Virus record (IMG/VR): IMGVR_UViG_3300027754_000055
Coordinates: 45,653-109,652 of that record
Origin: a virus
Length of the DNA stretch: 64,000 nt
Strand: one strand, 5' to 3'
This document shows positions 1 to 11,900 of the stretch, one piece after another; the first letter of the stretch is position 1; every line of letters starts with the position of its first letter. The notes under the pieces were generated by a model. It saw only the letters and a list, made by a program, of their open reading frames with translations. It did not search any database and was not told where the DNA came from. The position numbers and the translations under genes are program-made.

Positions 1-97
1 TTCATGATAGCTATAACTAGGTTATTTTTATGATTTACAAATTTTCAACATTGTGATATAGTGTTCTATATCTTCTGATGTCAGTAAAAAGGAAATT

Positions 98-307
98 ATG
101 TTCAAAGTAGTAGAAACAAATAATGGAAAAATTAAAATTCTTCTAGAAAAAGAAGGGAGCTATTCTGAGATTGCAGAACTGCAAAACAGTGAGCATGGGC
201 TATCTGCCGCAGAAGCTTTAATTTTTGATTTACGGAGATGGATTAATAAAAACGACATAGAGATAGATAAGGGAATGATTTATCATTCCTTGGAACAAGG
301 ATGGTAA
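98..307 (+). CDS. hypothetical protein
   Basis: 69-aa ORF with an AAAGGA RBS, convergent with the next gene. Confidence 0.6.
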   Translation: MFKVVETNNGKIKILLEKEGSYSEIAELQNSEHGLSAAEALIFDLRRWINKNDIEIDKGMIYHSLEQGW

Positions 308-309
308 AA

Positions 310-855
310 TCAAACCATTTTTGAAACTGGTGTTTTGCTCCAAAAACGGCAAGACCAATATTTTGGCGTTGTGCGATCTTTAGCTTGGCTACATTTATGT
401 CTTGCACGGAATGATTTACGACGTTTTGGATCTTGACGCTTGATACGCATGTTTGGATCACCAAAATTTACTTTTTTGATGTTTCCTGTTTTGGGATCTT
501 TAACAAACACTTTGTATTTTTTTACATCGCCCTTGGAAGGTTTTCCAACGGACACTTCTTTACCTTTATATTTTGCTTCTTGTAAAATACTAACATGCTC
601 ATTCATGTAAGCTACAAGACATCCCTCACAAACAGCTTCCCCTGTTTCATCAAGGCTGGCTCCAAGCTCTAGAATTTCTGTTTCTTCATTTTCAGGCTCA
701 TCTGATCCAAATATTAAATTTTTACCATGAAATTTTTTCTTTGGTTCACCGTGAATACTTTTTTCATGCTCATGATCATGTTTTTCACTTGAATATTCTA
801 ATTCATGAATGGATTCAAGAATTGCTAGAATCAAATTTTCTTTTGAGTTTTTCAT
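310..855 (-). CDS. conserved large-phage protein with a basic C-terminal domain (KKYKVFVKDPKTG..VNFGDP..RRKSFRARH..YWSC); probable virion protein
   Basis: C-terminal motif typical of T4-like/giant virus hypothetical proteins; acidic/His-rich leader ending ILQE; TACTTA motif at 880-885 (minus strand). Confidence 0.7.
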   Translation of the reverse strand: MKNSKENLILAILESIHELEYSSEKHDHEHEKSIHGEPKKKFHGKNLIFGSDEPENEETEILELGASLDETGEAVCEGCLVAYMNEHVSILQEAKYKGKEVSVGKPSKGDVKKYKVFVKDPKTGNIKKVNFGDPNMRIKRQDPKRRKSFRARHKCSQAKDRTTPKYWSCRFWSKTPVSKMV

Positions 856-954
856 ATTTTACCTACTGTTGATTATCAATAAGTACTGAATCGTGTTTTA
901 TTTTCATGAGCCAAATTTACGTTTCAATTCATGAATAGCTGATAACCGATTAGA

Positions 955-1305
955 TTATTTTGAAGATTTTTTTGTTTGTTTTACCGCAACAGAAGGTGCT
1001 TCAACTGAGTCAACAACAGGATCAGCCACAGGAGCTTCTAGAACGGGCTGTGCGGGCTCTGAAATTGTTTCCACAGGGACAATTACATCTGGTGTTTTTG
1101 TATCCTCTACAGCAGCCACAGAAGTGCTTTGGGCTAATACCTGTGGAGCAGCAAGTTTAAGTTCTAATTCAGATACTCTATCAGTTAATGCCTTTATTAC
1201 TGATAAAAGGTCAACACCTTGTACAGTCATTGGCACCGTGACATCAAGCGACGGACTACCGTATGGGTAAGTTGCACAGCCATTATGATCTATTAATGTT
1301 TTCAT
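955..1305 (-). CDS. hypothetical protein with a low-complexity Pro/Ala/Val C-terminus
   Basis: 116-aa ORF with an AAAGGA RBS. Confidence 0.65.
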   Translation of the reverse strand: MKTLIDHNGCATYPYGSPSLDVTVPMTVQGVDLLSVIKALTDRVSELELKLAAPQVLAQSTSVAAVEDTKTPDVIVPVETISEPAQPVLEAPVADPVVDSVEAPSVAVKQTKKSSK

Positions 1306-1352
1306 TTTATATTTTCCTTTTCTTTATTTAGCAATTTGTATGATATTATATA

Positions 1353-2444
1353 TTATGTTGAAGAAATTGTAAATCTTTTTATACCTAGCCCACACTCATA
1401 ATCTTCTAAAATTTGTCCTGCCGTTAATACTTGATTACAAACTTGAACATCTCTGATAAAACCATTAAATCCTTGAGGAAGGGCTACACCTGTACCTGGA
1501 ATATTTGCGCCAATGCCCCATGAATTATGGTCCTGATAATTAATGGGAAAAGCGGCAGCTGCCGAACTAACCAATCTACCGTCGAGATATAATTTTAACC
1601 CAGTAGATACACTATGTGTACACGCAACCCTAAACCATTTTCCCACTGGCACTGCTAGATAGGCAGGCGTTTCAGTGTTTTTAATACTTAAACTGGTATC
1701 AAAAATATAGGCACTAAGTGTATTAGATGTCGTTACACGTATAGCAATTGCCGCATTGTTAGGTGATGACCCACCCCAAGTGCTTGCTTGTCTTTTTAAG
1801 ACGATATATGAGTCATAACTTGAACTGCCATAACGACACGCCCAAACTAAAATAGTAATATCGGCAGGTTCTAGGGTAGATGCACCAATGATAGTAGAGT
1901 TTACTGATGTGCTATCATTAAAAACCATACATGTTTTCCATGGAGAAGACTGATTTTGAGTGGTTAATGAACCAGCGAAAGATAAATTATATGTACCTAA
2001 AGAATCAATGATGGTTGAAGAGTTAGAATCTTCCAGTTTCCATCGTGCGACACAGTAAGGTGCCAATGGTGCATGATCATATCCAACTAGCTCCCAAGTT
2101 CCACTTATAAAACACTGATAGTAATCGCCAATCTTTTCACCCGATGTAACAACATATGTATCGCCCACCGAAGGAGAAATGGGTAGGCTGGCAAGCGTTC
2201 CACTGCCATGCAATCCTCCTCCCCCTCCCGATGGGCCACTGGCTGTTGCAATCGGTCGAGTTTCCAACACAGCAACTCTTTGCGAGAGGTTTTCTGAAGT
2301 GGAATCTAGACTATCAAGTTTATTTTTTACGTTTGTTGATTGAACAATCAACGGAGCATTAATGATGAAATCCTTTATTTTCGGAGGTTCACCGCTAGGA
2401 TTTATAATTACATCGACTGGCTGTGGGATTGGATTTATTGGCAT
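1353..2444 (-). CDS. LamG/concanavalin A-like domain protein (putative tail or capsid decoration/receptor-binding protein)
   Basis: LamG-type pattern: WKLED..IIDS, ITILVW, GKWFRVACTH..LKLYLDGRL, FNGFIRDVQV..LTAGQI. Confidence 0.8.
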   Translation of the reverse strand: MPINPIPQPVDVIINPSGEPPKIKDFIINAPLIVQSTNVKNKLDSLDSTSENLSQRVAVLETRPIATASGPSGGGGGLHGSGTLASLPISPSVGDTYVVTSGEKIGDYYQCFISGTWELVGYDHAPLAPYCVARWKLEDSNSSTIIDSLGTYNLSFAGSLTTQNQSSPWKTCMVFNDSTSVNSTIIGASTLEPADITILVWACRYGSSSYDSYIVLKRQASTWGGSSPNNAAIAIRVTTSNTLSAYIFDTSLSIKNTETPAYLAVPVGKWFRVACTHSVSTGLKLYLDGRLVSSAAAAFPINYQDHNSWGIGANIPGTGVALPQGFNGFIRDVQVCNQVLTAGQILEDYECGLGIKRFTISST

Positions 2445-2480
2445 GCTACTATTTTAGTAGCAATATATTGAAAAGTACAA

Positions 2481-2795
2481 TCAGAGTTGAATGCCTTTTA
2501 GTGCTAGCTGCTGACGAATCAGTTCCATCTTTTCTGCTTGATTGAGGTTTTCATACTTTGCACGCAAACCTGGGACGTTATCAATCTGACGCATTAGATT
2601 GCTGATAGCATTTGCGACAACATCGCTATGTGATTGCATTGGTGCTGGTGCTGCCGATTGCTGTTGGCGTTCTGACATATATCCAAGAATCTTTTCAGCA
2701 AGTGTAAGACCAATGGCAACCTTTGCTGTCGTTGTCATTTGGTAGCTTTCCTTAACAAGACCGAAAATTGAAGGCATTGGTGTAATTCTTAGCAT
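2481..2795 (-). CDS. hypothetical protein (probable late gene)
   Basis: ATG at 2795 preceded by AAAGG and by TACTTA at 2820-2825; shares SY.MTT..K with the neighbouring ORF. Confidence 0.6.
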   Translation of the reverse strand: MLRITPMPSIFGLVKESYQMTTTAKVAIGLTLAEKILGYMSERQQQSAAPAPMQSHSDVVANAISNLMRQIDNVPGLRAKYENLNQAEKMELIRQQLALKGIQL

Positions 2796-2877
2796 ATTGT
2801 TTGATAACCTTTCTGATACTAAGTATGCCACAGGATCTGGTTCAAGTCAACGAAGAAAAAAATGAGCTTTTACTTTT

Positions 2878-3201
2878 TCAAAGGGGCCAAGGGAATTTAA
2901 ATGAATCTTGAAACCTTCTTGCATCAATGTTTTTCATGTCCATTGCACGAATCACCGAATCAACAGTAGAAGCTGGATTTTTGATTTCATCTTGGAATTT
3001 TTTTGTGCTTTGAACAACTTTCATCAATATATCAATTTTATCTTTATCGCCGCTAACATCAAAAGGAGACTTTCTTCCTGTGGCCATGCTGCTTAATAAA
3101 CTGGCAAAAAATAATTTTCCAAGAGTTGTCATTTTATAACTTTTACCGAAAAGGGAATTCAAATCTGGTGTCGCTGGCATATCTAATTGTTCATTGATCA
3201 T
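2878..3201 (-). CDS. hypothetical protein
   Basis: 107-aa ORF, divergent from the tape measure gene. Confidence 0.65.
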   Translation of the reverse strand: MINEQLDMPATPDLNSLFGKSYKMTTLGKLFFASLLSSMATGRKSPFDVSGDKDKIDILMKVVQSTKKFQDEIKNPASTVDSVIRAMDMKNIDARRFQDSFKFPWPL

Positions 3202-3283
3202 TTTTTAATGGCCTCATTTCAATAATTATTCTCATAAAATGATATCGTTGATAATTAAGTATAAGAATTAGGAGTATCAGATA

Positions 3284-6200
3284 ATGGCAGACCCCATAGG
3301 ACCGACAGCAGACAATCTCAAGATTGCTCAGCAGCTTTTATCGGCAATGTCACAAATCTCCGTTCAGCTTGAAAATCAAACCAAAGCTTATCGAGCGCAA
3401 GCAGATTTGGTTGAATCCTTATGCAAAGCACAAGAATGTTTTGGTAAAGTTGACAGCAATAAAATAAAAGCTGTATCTGATGGCCTAAAAACAGCTCAAG
3501 AAAATACAAAATCTTTTAGTGATGAACTTGTAAACACTGAGGCTGAAGCCGAAAAACTAAGAAGCAAAACCGCAGAGCTAGCTGCTGAAGCTAGAAAAGT
3601 ATTAATCGCAGATGAATTCAAAGCTGGCTTACAATCTGGCCTAAATTTAACAAAAGCACTATTTGGAAGTTTGATGCGTATTGGCAGCACAGGACTTAGT
3701 GGTATTATGGGTATTGGAAAAGCATTGCTTTCCATCCCAGGAAACATATTGAACTTTTTCCAAAGTAATGCCGGTGGAGGAACAGATCCGTGGCGTGAAG
3801 CCCTCGAAGAATTGCGTGATAAATTTGGTAGCTTGCAGGTAGGAACAAGTAAAGCTGTTCTGGGCATGATGAATAATGTGAATCAATTTAATGATTCTGG
3901 CCTACGGCTTGGACGTGTATTTGGATATGGTCGTGCTGGTGCGGCAGCAGCCATGAAAGAGTTCATGAAAGTCGCTGAAGAAATGGGGCCTATGGCCATG
4001 CGATTTATGGATGCGACGAAGGGTGTTTCTGGGCAGTTATTAGTTTTAACTAAATCAACAGGGCTCACAGGAGATGCTCTCAGGTCATTACAAATCTCAG
4101 CGGATAATGGCGGTGAAAGTGTTGCGACTGCTGTACAGAAAATGAGTGTGGAGCTTGTTAGAGCACAAAGAACTTTTGGTATTTCTGTAAAAGAAATGGG
4201 TAGAGACCTGGAAGTCATGATGAAAGATGTCGGCACCTTTGGTGTCATGTCCAGAGATACCATGATTAAAACCAGCGTTTATGCTCGTAAGCTTGGTTTA
4301 TCCATGGAAGCCTTGAAAAAGGTAATGGATAAAACATTAAATTTCGAGGATACGGCAAACATGGCCGGTGGATTGGCTGAAGCATTCAATATGAATATTG
4401 ATGCCATGAAAATGATGAAGGCACAAACACCAGCAGAAAAGCTTGATCAATTAAGGGAAGCCTTCTTCCGAACCGGTAAAAACATTGATCAAATGAGCAT
4501 TGCTGAGCGTAAGCATCTATCAAATCTTACTGGTTTATCCGAAGAAGAAACACGCATTGCATTTGCTCAAAAAAACAGGGCACTGACAGGTGCCGCAGTA
4601 GATGCACAGATGAAGAAGTCCCAAAAAACGCAGATAACGCAAGAACAGGCCATGCACGAGTTGGCGGATTCTATTAAAAGATTGACGCAGTCTGGCAGCG
4701 GAATGAAGGGTGGATTCTTTGATACTTTTTTCAAGGGATTTGAAGCAGGTATGTTAAGGACAAGAGAATTTAGGAAAGTCTCCAGAGAAATCCAGCGTGA
4801 TATGCGTATTGTTTATCGAGCCGGGGTTGATGTAGGAAGAATGTTTGTTCATTATTTTCCAGGAATAAAACAAGTGCTTGATGCTCTTGGTGATATGTTT
4901 GCTCCTGCAAAATTCAGAAGAATGATGAATTCTGTCAAAAATATATTTGCAATATTCTTTATAGATTTACAACGAGATCCAAAAGCTGGTGTTCAAAATT
5001 TCATGAAAAACATGAAGAAAGCCTTCTTTAGTTTTTTTGATTCAAATAGCGGAGCAGGTAGAAGCTTTCTTGATGGAATGAAAAAATTCTGGAAAGCTTT
5101 TGGCGCTATTGCAGTTGAAGGATTGAGGTTTGGGATTGAATCCATTAGGGATGCTGCTAAAGGCATCACCGGTTTCCTTAAAAACCCAAGATCTTTCATG
5201 GAAGGAGCTTCCAAGGCTGGCAGTGGTATATCTGGAGCTATTGCACAGGCAATTAGTTATGCATACAAAGAACTATGGCCCGTGATGAAAGAAGCTGGTA
5301 TCGCCGTTGGTGAAATGTTGATGACGGTGCTCACTGATTATGTTGGACCATTTTTAAGACGACATGCGGTAGCTATTGGCGCAACATTATTTGGAATGAT
5401 ATTTGGACCAGCATTTATTAGGGCAGGAATTGCTGCCTTACTTGGCGGCGGTGGGGGTGGTATATTTAGTGCTATTGCCGGTGCCGTTGGAAGAGTATTT
5501 AATTTTACAGGAGGTGCAGATGCGGCAGATAAAAAGGCGGATGAACAAAGAACTGTAGCTCAAAGCTTTCAGAATACATTGAAAAATACTGCTAGGTCTG
5601 CATCTGGTATTTTATTAGGAATCACTGCTTTGGCTGGCATTATGTATATTCTTATGCCCGCATTCACTGCCCTTCTTTCATTTATAAATAGCAATAATAT
5701 TACAGCAGCGAACATTGGCGTTGCTTTGTTGGCTGTAGCTGGAATGACTGCGCTTATCGTCGGAATTGAAAAAGTAAAATTTTTAGATTCATTAACAAAA
5801 CTAGGGGATGCCGCTAAAGCAGGGGGCGGTAATTTATTATTAGGTGCGCTTGCCGCACTTGCCGCACTTGTTTTAGTGGGCGGGGCTGCCATTGTAGTGA
5901 TAGAAACATTTTCTGTTTACAATGAATCTCAAGTAAAAACTGCAATGATTGCCATGTATGCAATGACTGGTTTATTTTTTGTCATGGTTCCATTGATTGG
6001 TGCTCTCGCTATTATTGGAGCATTATTGCCAGTTGTAGGTGTGGCTGCTATTGGTATGCTGGCAATAGCACCGTTAATGACTAAAATAGGAGAAAAAACA
6101 ATTGAAATCGTAAGATTATTCAACGGTATTCCAACCGAACAAGTATCAACTGCTACAAATGCCATAAAAAATATAATAAATGTTTATTCTGTCATTGCAA

Positions 6201-8689
6201 ATTCAATGGTTTCAATGGGCCTTTTAGCTATAATAAGACCTTCTACAATTCTCAGTATTGTTGATAAAATTACTACTCTAGTGCGACAAATCAGTGTATC
6301 AGTCGTGGATATGATTCGCTCCATAGATTTAAGTGGTGATGTAAACTTGTTAAAAGCCAAAGCAGAAGTGTTTTCTGCCGCCTTATTAGGAATCGCAGCA
6401 ATTGTTACTCCAATAACAAATTTTGGCAAAGCATTAGCCGAAAATGATTCAATATTTGATTCTGGGGAAATGGAAAGAATCGTTGTAGAGCTAAGTCATA
6501 TGATGACTGCAATGTTTTCTGGTATTCAGAATATAGTTAGGGAAATTGGCGCTCTCAATCTTGGCACAGATCCAGGACTAATGAAATCAAAAGCAGAAGT
6601 CTTTTCTGTTGTACTAAATGGAATCGCTGCAATCATTACGCCAATATCAACATTTGGATCAACTATTGGTACTGCGGCTGGTGGTTTCTTTTCAAACAGC
6701 GCCGATGTAACAAGAACTATTACGGAGCTTGGAATATCAATGCCAATTATTTTAAGATCAATTGGCACTCTAGCAACAACATTACTAACACAATTAAATG
6801 CAATAACGGCTTCAGTAGATCCCGTAAAACTAAAATCCGTAGCAGAAGTTTTAATGTATACATTAAAATCGGTTATGGATGTGGTTATTACACTGATGAG
6901 TGTGTTTAGTGGAGGAAGGATGGCCACAGGAGCAGGAATAGGCGGCGCAATTGGATCATTTGCGGGACCAGTTGGGGCCGTTGTCGGAACTGTAATTGGT
7001 CAAACGATAGCAGCAAGGGCTGATCAACAGGAGTTCCAAAGAAAAATAAGCGGTATAACAGCAATATTCTCAATGCTGAAAAATAATCTAAAAGACGTTA
7101 TTGAAGCAGTGACTGTTCCGATGGGAGTGCTTTTAAGTTCGCCCAATATTACAGCGGATTCATTAAAAGCAGTTGCGGCCCTTGGAGATATCATGAAAGG
7201 TATCGGAAATATTTTAGTCGGAATTGGTGGGGCTGCGGCAGCATTACCACGAAATCCAACATCGCCAAGAGACTTAGGGCGAATAACATTGCTGCTAGAT
7301 GTAATAACTCCATTTATTAAAGGTTTAACAGATAGAGTCATAGAAGTAATACAGTCATTTACCGTATTTAATGCTGCACAAATAGACTCGCTCAATTCAG
7401 TTACCCCAATACTTTCTGTGTTCTTCGGCTTTATATCTAGCTTTACTGGTATAATTTACAATGCGATGGAAATGATGAAAGGAAAAAGCCCTGATGAAAT
7501 GAATAGAATTGCAGGAACGATAGTTCATTTTATCAATACACTTAGTAATCAGACACAAAATATGATGCGAGGAATACCCGCTCTCGTACTAGCCATATCA
7601 TCAATAGATCTGTCCGGTATTGACCCAAACGCCTTGGCGGGAAAAATCACGTCAGTTAAGGCTGTGCTAGATCTCGTTGGTAGTATTAGCGCAGCAACAA
7701 AAGGCATTCAAGACGTAGCGCAAGCCAAACTCGGCGCTGCGGATATGGCAGCTAAAATTGTGCAGCCAATTGTTGATTTATTACTTACGATGTTTACTGA
7801 TATAAATGCAGATGGCGTTATTGGTTTGGGCAATTCCTTGCGGTTTGCGTTAAACGCCTTATCAGAATTTACATTCCCCCGTGGTTTAACGGCCAAAATT
7901 GCTTCAATGAAATCATTATTTGAATTAATAAAAACCATTTCAGATGCCGCCGCTTCTTTAAATACTCTGGGTGGTGCAGGGGCGCAAACACCAATGCGGG
8001 CAGATGTAATGAACATTCCTCTCAGCAATCTTGCTATTATGATAAATAGCCTTAAGAGTAAATATATATTTTTCGGCGGCACAAAACATTATAATCCCTT
8101 GAGTAGCCCAGGAGAATATTTTGGACCATTGGCTGCTATGCTACCAGGAATTACCGGTAAAGGAGCACTCTTAACGAATATTAAAAACATTGTTACTGAG
8201 ATGCTTAGTTCTGCAAAATCAATTGCCGAACAGCCCATTGTGCCACCCAGCCCAAATCTTGGAACAAGTTTAGCAAACATGACCAGTGTGCTTGGAACAA
8301 TAGATTCTTATTTTGGGCCAGCAGTTCAAGAAGGATCGATCAACAATTTGCTTGACAATATTCACAGAAATACCAAGGGCAGAGTAAGTCATGATCTTAG
8401 CGTAGTCGTGGAACGATACAATTCATTATCCAGAGATTTAGCTCGTATGAATGCGATAGACATAGATGCTTCGTTGACAAGACTAAATGATGGCTTGGGT
8501 CGGAATCGTGTGGTCCAAATTGAAAATGCTGCGGCAAATATTACAATTAACCTAGATGTTAAATTGAGAACCGAAGACATAGAAACTGCTCTATTTACCC
8601 GAAGCAACAAAGGTGCAGCACCAGGACCGGGCGGCAGCATAGCTAGAGCTAATTTCGTTCCACAAAGCCATGATACAGCAGGACACTGA
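3284..8689 (+). CDS. tail tape measure protein
   Basis: 1801 aa, Ala/Gly-rich and helical, with a coiled-coil N-terminus and central hydrophobic segments; AGGAG RBS; lies upstream of baseplate-like genes. Confidence 0.85.
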   Translation: MADPIGPTADNLKIAQQLLSAMSQISVQLENQTKAYRAQADLVESLCKAQECFGKVDSNKIKAVSDGLKTAQENTKSFSDELVNTEAEAEKLRSKTAELAAEARKVLIADEFKAGLQSGLNLTKALFGSLMRIGSTGLSGIMGIGKALLSIPGNILNFFQSNAGGGTDPWREALEELRDKFGSLQVGTSKAVLGMMNNVNQFNDSGLRLGRVFGYGRAGAAAAMKEFMKVAEEMGPMAMRFMDATKGVSGQLLVLTKSTGLTGDALRSLQISADNGGESVATAVQKMSVELVRAQRTFGISVKEMGRDLEVMMKDVGTFGVMSRDTMIKTSVYARKLGLSMEALKKVMDKTLNFEDTANMAGGLAEAFNMNIDAMKMMKAQTPAEKLDQLREAFFRTGKNIDQMSIAERKHLSNLTGLSEEETRIAFAQKNRALTGAAVDAQMKKSQKTQITQEQAMHELADSIKRLTQSGSGMKGGFFDTFFKGFEAGMLRTREFRKVSREIQRDMRIVYRAGVDVGRMFVHYFPGIKQVLDALGDMFAPAKFRRMMNSVKNIFAIFFIDLQRDPKAGVQNFMKNMKKAFFSFFDSNSGAGRSFLDGMKKFWKAFGAIAVEGLRFGIESIRDAAKGITGFLKNPRSFMEGASKAGSGISGAIAQAISYAYKELWPVMKEAGIAVGEMLMTVLTDYVGPFLRRHAVAIGATLFGMIFGPAFIRAGIAALLGGGGGGIFSAIAGAVGRVFNFTGGADAADKKADEQRTVAQSFQNTLKNTARSASGILLGITALAGIMYILMPAFTALLSFINSNNITAANIGVALLAVAGMTALIVGIEKVKFLDSLTKLGDAAKAGGGNLLLGALAALAALVLVGGAAIVVIETFSVYNESQVKTAMIAMYAMTGLFFVMVPLIGALAIIGALLPVVGVAAIGMLAIAPLMTKIGEKTIEIVRLFNGIPTEQVSTATNAIKNIINVYSVIANSMVSMGLLAIIRPSTILSIVDKITTLVRQISVSVVDMIRSIDLSGDVNLLKAKAEVFSAALLGIAAIVTPITNFGKALAENDSIFDSGEMERIVVELSHMMTAMFSGIQNIVREIGALNLGTDPGLMKSKAEVFSVVLNGIAAIITPISTFGSTIGTAAGGFFSNSADVTRTITELGISMPIILRSIGTLATTLLTQLNAITASVDPVKLKSVAEVLMYTLKSVMDVVITLMSVFSGGRMATGAGIGGAIGSFAGPVGAVVGTVIGQTIAARADQQEFQRKISGITAIFSMLKNNLKDVIEAVTVPMGVLLSSPNITADSLKAVAALGDIMKGIGNILVGIGGAAAALPRNPTSPRDLGRITLLLDVITPFIKGLTDRVIEVIQSFTVFNAAQIDSLNSVTPILSVFFGFISSFTGIIYNAMEMMKGKSPDEMNRIAGTIVHFINTLSNQTQNMMRGIPALVLAISSIDLSGIDPNALAGKITSVKAVLDLVGSISAATKGIQDVAQAKLGAADMAAKIVQPIVDLLLTMFTDINADGVIGLGNSLRFALNALSEFTFPRGLTAKIASMKSLFELIKTISDAAASLNTLGGAGAQTPMRADVMNIPLSNLAIMINSLKSKYIFFGGTKHYNPLSSPGEYFGPLAAMLPGITGKGALLTNIKNIVTEMLSSAKSIAEQPIVPPSPNLGTSLANMTSVLGTIDSYFGPAVQEGSINNLLDNIHRNTKGRVSHDLSVVVERYNSLSRDLARMNAIDIDASLTRLNDGLGRNRVVQIENAAANITINLDVKLRTEDIETALFTRSNKGAAPGPGGSIARANFVPQSHDTAGH

Positions 8690-8695
8690 TATAAT

Positions 8696-8881
8696 ATGAA
8701 TAATTTAAAAGAAAAAGTAATGGAAAATAAGTTTTTGCTATCTCTACTAAATCAAATGAATCCATCAGAAAAGGAAAACACCCTATCTGTTATCAATGGA
8801 TTGCTTGAAGAAATGCAAGGCAAATCAGAAGGTTTGACCAAAGCAATCCAAGAGGCTTCTAAAAAACAGCCACCTAAATAG
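8696..8881 (+). CDS. hypothetical protein
   Basis: 61-aa ORF filling the gap within the operon. Confidence 0.55.
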   Translation: MNNLKEKVMENKFLLSLLNQMNPSEKENTLSVINGLLEEMQGKSEGLTKAIQEASKKQPPK

Positions 8882-8901
8882 TTATCGTAAGATAAACTAT
8901 T

Positions 8902-11900
8902 ATGAGCAAGCCATTACCTCCAACACCAGAACAATTACAAGATCCAGATCCATCCATAAGAGGATCACGCCGAAGGATGACAATTTATTATAATGTCAAT
9001 CAAGAGCCGGACGTTGGTTTGCCATTGGCTCAGCTTGGAACTATTGATATAGCAGATCCTATAAAACAAAGATATGTAGAAGTTTTAAGCCAACAAACTA
9101 TCAATGCACAAAATTCTATTCCAATTGCACCCAACTCTTCAGTGGGCCATTTTTACGAAACACCAGACCCAGAACAGATACAATATATTTCAAATGATGG
9201 AAATAATCCAAGCGGCGTACCAAATGCAATCACAAACTTCTTTGTAACTCCTAGCCAGTTTAATTTTATAGGAACTGATAGAAAAGGCGTCAGTGAACCA
9301 AAAAAAATAACTACTCGTACTTTTAGTATAAACAGATATGTAAAAAATATCAACACAGATGCTATAAAACATGGAGCCCTGATAGATCAACAACTTCTTA
9401 GCACCACTGGATTCAATTCACTGGAAAGTAATCAGTTTGTTGTCGTCGATGGCACTCAAGAAAAACCCGATGATCGTTTAAAAATTGGTCCAATATATTA
9501 TAATAAAAAAGGCGCTTATAAAAATACCAGCTTCGTCGGCCAACCAGTATTAAATGGTTCAACCGTAACTGCCACAAGTATGTCCTTGGAGCATTTAAAG
9601 AAAATTGGTCTAAATATTCTGTATGATGCCGTTCAAGCTGGTGCTGGTCCTGATATAGATCCAACAAATGGAGATGGCGGTTTTTCTGAAGCTGAAGCTG
9701 GGATGGCTGTGCCATCATTGCCTAGAATTGGTAAAAAAGTAAGACTAAGCAGATTTTCTCCATCATATGAAGCTAAAAAACTTTTCGGCGTAGATAAACC
9801 AAATAACCCGTCATTTATTGACAATGAAGTAGGTGAAAATCCTACTATGACATATGGCAATTTCTATAACCCATTTTCTCAATTTGATTCACTAGTTTCA
9901 CTCGGTCAAATTGCCGTTTGTGTTGCGATGGTAATCTCATTTGTTGTCATATTGGAATTAACTTCTATTGCAATTCCACATGACAATAGAGAACGTCTAG
10001 TGTACGATCCCCAAGCCATAGATTATGCAAATAATAAAATACTTGGAACTTCTACCATTCCAAATCTACCTGCATATCCAACCGATGGAATGTCTGGCGG
10101 TGAGTTCCTACAACAATTTCTCGGAATCAAGGGACTTTTTACTTACACTTTTCATGCATTCGATGACTGTTTGCAGAATGGCTTAGAAGAGTTTTTTGGC
10201 GTGCCAGGATTAAGAGATGGAACTGGTACTGCATTGGCGTCTGGTGCTTTGAGAATATTGTTGGAAAGCGGAAGATTAAATACCGTACTGAGAGATGTTA
10301 TTCGTAATGGTATAGATATTATTACTAGCTCCGATCTAAATGGAGGTCCATATAGTATTGAAGCGACTGGTCGAATTATAAGAGATATTAGAGATAGCAA
10401 AATTCTTAAATTTGTTAATGTTTTGGCACAAATCGGAGATAAGATTGCCTGGGAATTAAAACTAAAAGGAACAAATACAAAAATAGGTAGCAATATAAGT
10501 GTTGTAGATACACTGCCAGACACAAGGCGTTTTTTAATAGCAAAATCAAGATTAAGTGATGGAAGATTGGGATGGTCAAATAGCAACTCTCCAATGCTTC
10601 ATCTCCCATTGACATCGTTATTTGTTACAGGGGCAGATCATAGGCCAAGGCTGGAAACCGGTATAAGTGATACAACAGGACTTGATTTTCTTATTCTTAA
10701 TGATAATTTAATGCAAACAGCACTTCATCAAGAAATTATTTCTTCAGCCTCAACTGATCTTGGAGGTGAAATTGGATCATTTCCAACAAAAAATAGATTA
10801 TCAAAAGATTTAGTGGAAAAAATGGAGGAACAACTGGAAGCAGATTATATGCCCTTTTATGTTCAAGACTTAAGAACAAATGAGATATTATCTTTTCATG
10901 CTTTCCTAGAGGATTCTTCTGAAGATTTCAGCGTCGAATATACGCAGCAAGATGGCTATGGTCGAATGGATAAAGTGCAAATATACAAAGGCACTACCAG
11001 AAAAATAAACGTATCTTTTAAAATGGTTGCGACCAATGAAGAAGATCATAATCTTATGTGGTATAAAATTAATCGGCTAGCAATGACAATTTATCCACAA
11101 TGGACACAGGGCAGAGAAGTGAATGTTGGTGGCATCAAGTTTATTCAACCATTTTCACAAATACCCGGTGCTACGCCCGTAGTTCGACTGAGACTTGGCG
11201 ACTTATGGAGATCCAATTATAGTAAACAATCTATCGCAAGACTTTTCGGAGCTACAACACGAGAAGATTTTAATATATTCGGAGCCAATGCTAGAACTAG
11301 ATCTGACGTTAGCGCCAGATCCCAAATCGATGCGGCAAATAAAACAAACAGATTAATATGTGCAATGAAACCAGGAGGCGGATTTACAACAAGTGCCACA
11401 CAGCCCACCACGCAGGCTAATGGTGCTATATTAGTTAATCCTAATGATATTTTTACTGCAAATAGATCTAAAATATATTTAAAAGGTGATTACCCAGGCG
11501 TAGAATCTATTTTGGATGAAAATTTTACTCCTCGCCCACCCAACACAACATGGGCATTAGGCCAAGGAAAATTAATTGAATGTTCATATGTAGAAACTAT
11601 TACGACAGGAATAAGATTAAATTTTGAAAGAGTCATGGAAGAACCAACGGATATTGCTTCTGGATATAGTTTAGAACCTAAAGATGGCAAGCAAAATATA
11701 ATAATACTACAAATTCAATACCTTAAATCAAATATTGATATTGATTTTACTATGTTTTCATTACGCACCGAATTACAATCGCAACCGGAAAATACCCAAA
11801 ACACTACTACTGCTGGCGAACAGGGTTTGCAGGATTTAAATCCAACTCAATTTTTTGATGATACAAAAAACCCAATTCTCAAATCATTTAGTTCAACATA

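Noticed and set aside
3318-8640. Many antisense ORFs within the tape measure and other long genes
   Set aside because: Shadow frames of long coding sequences with no RBS or motifs
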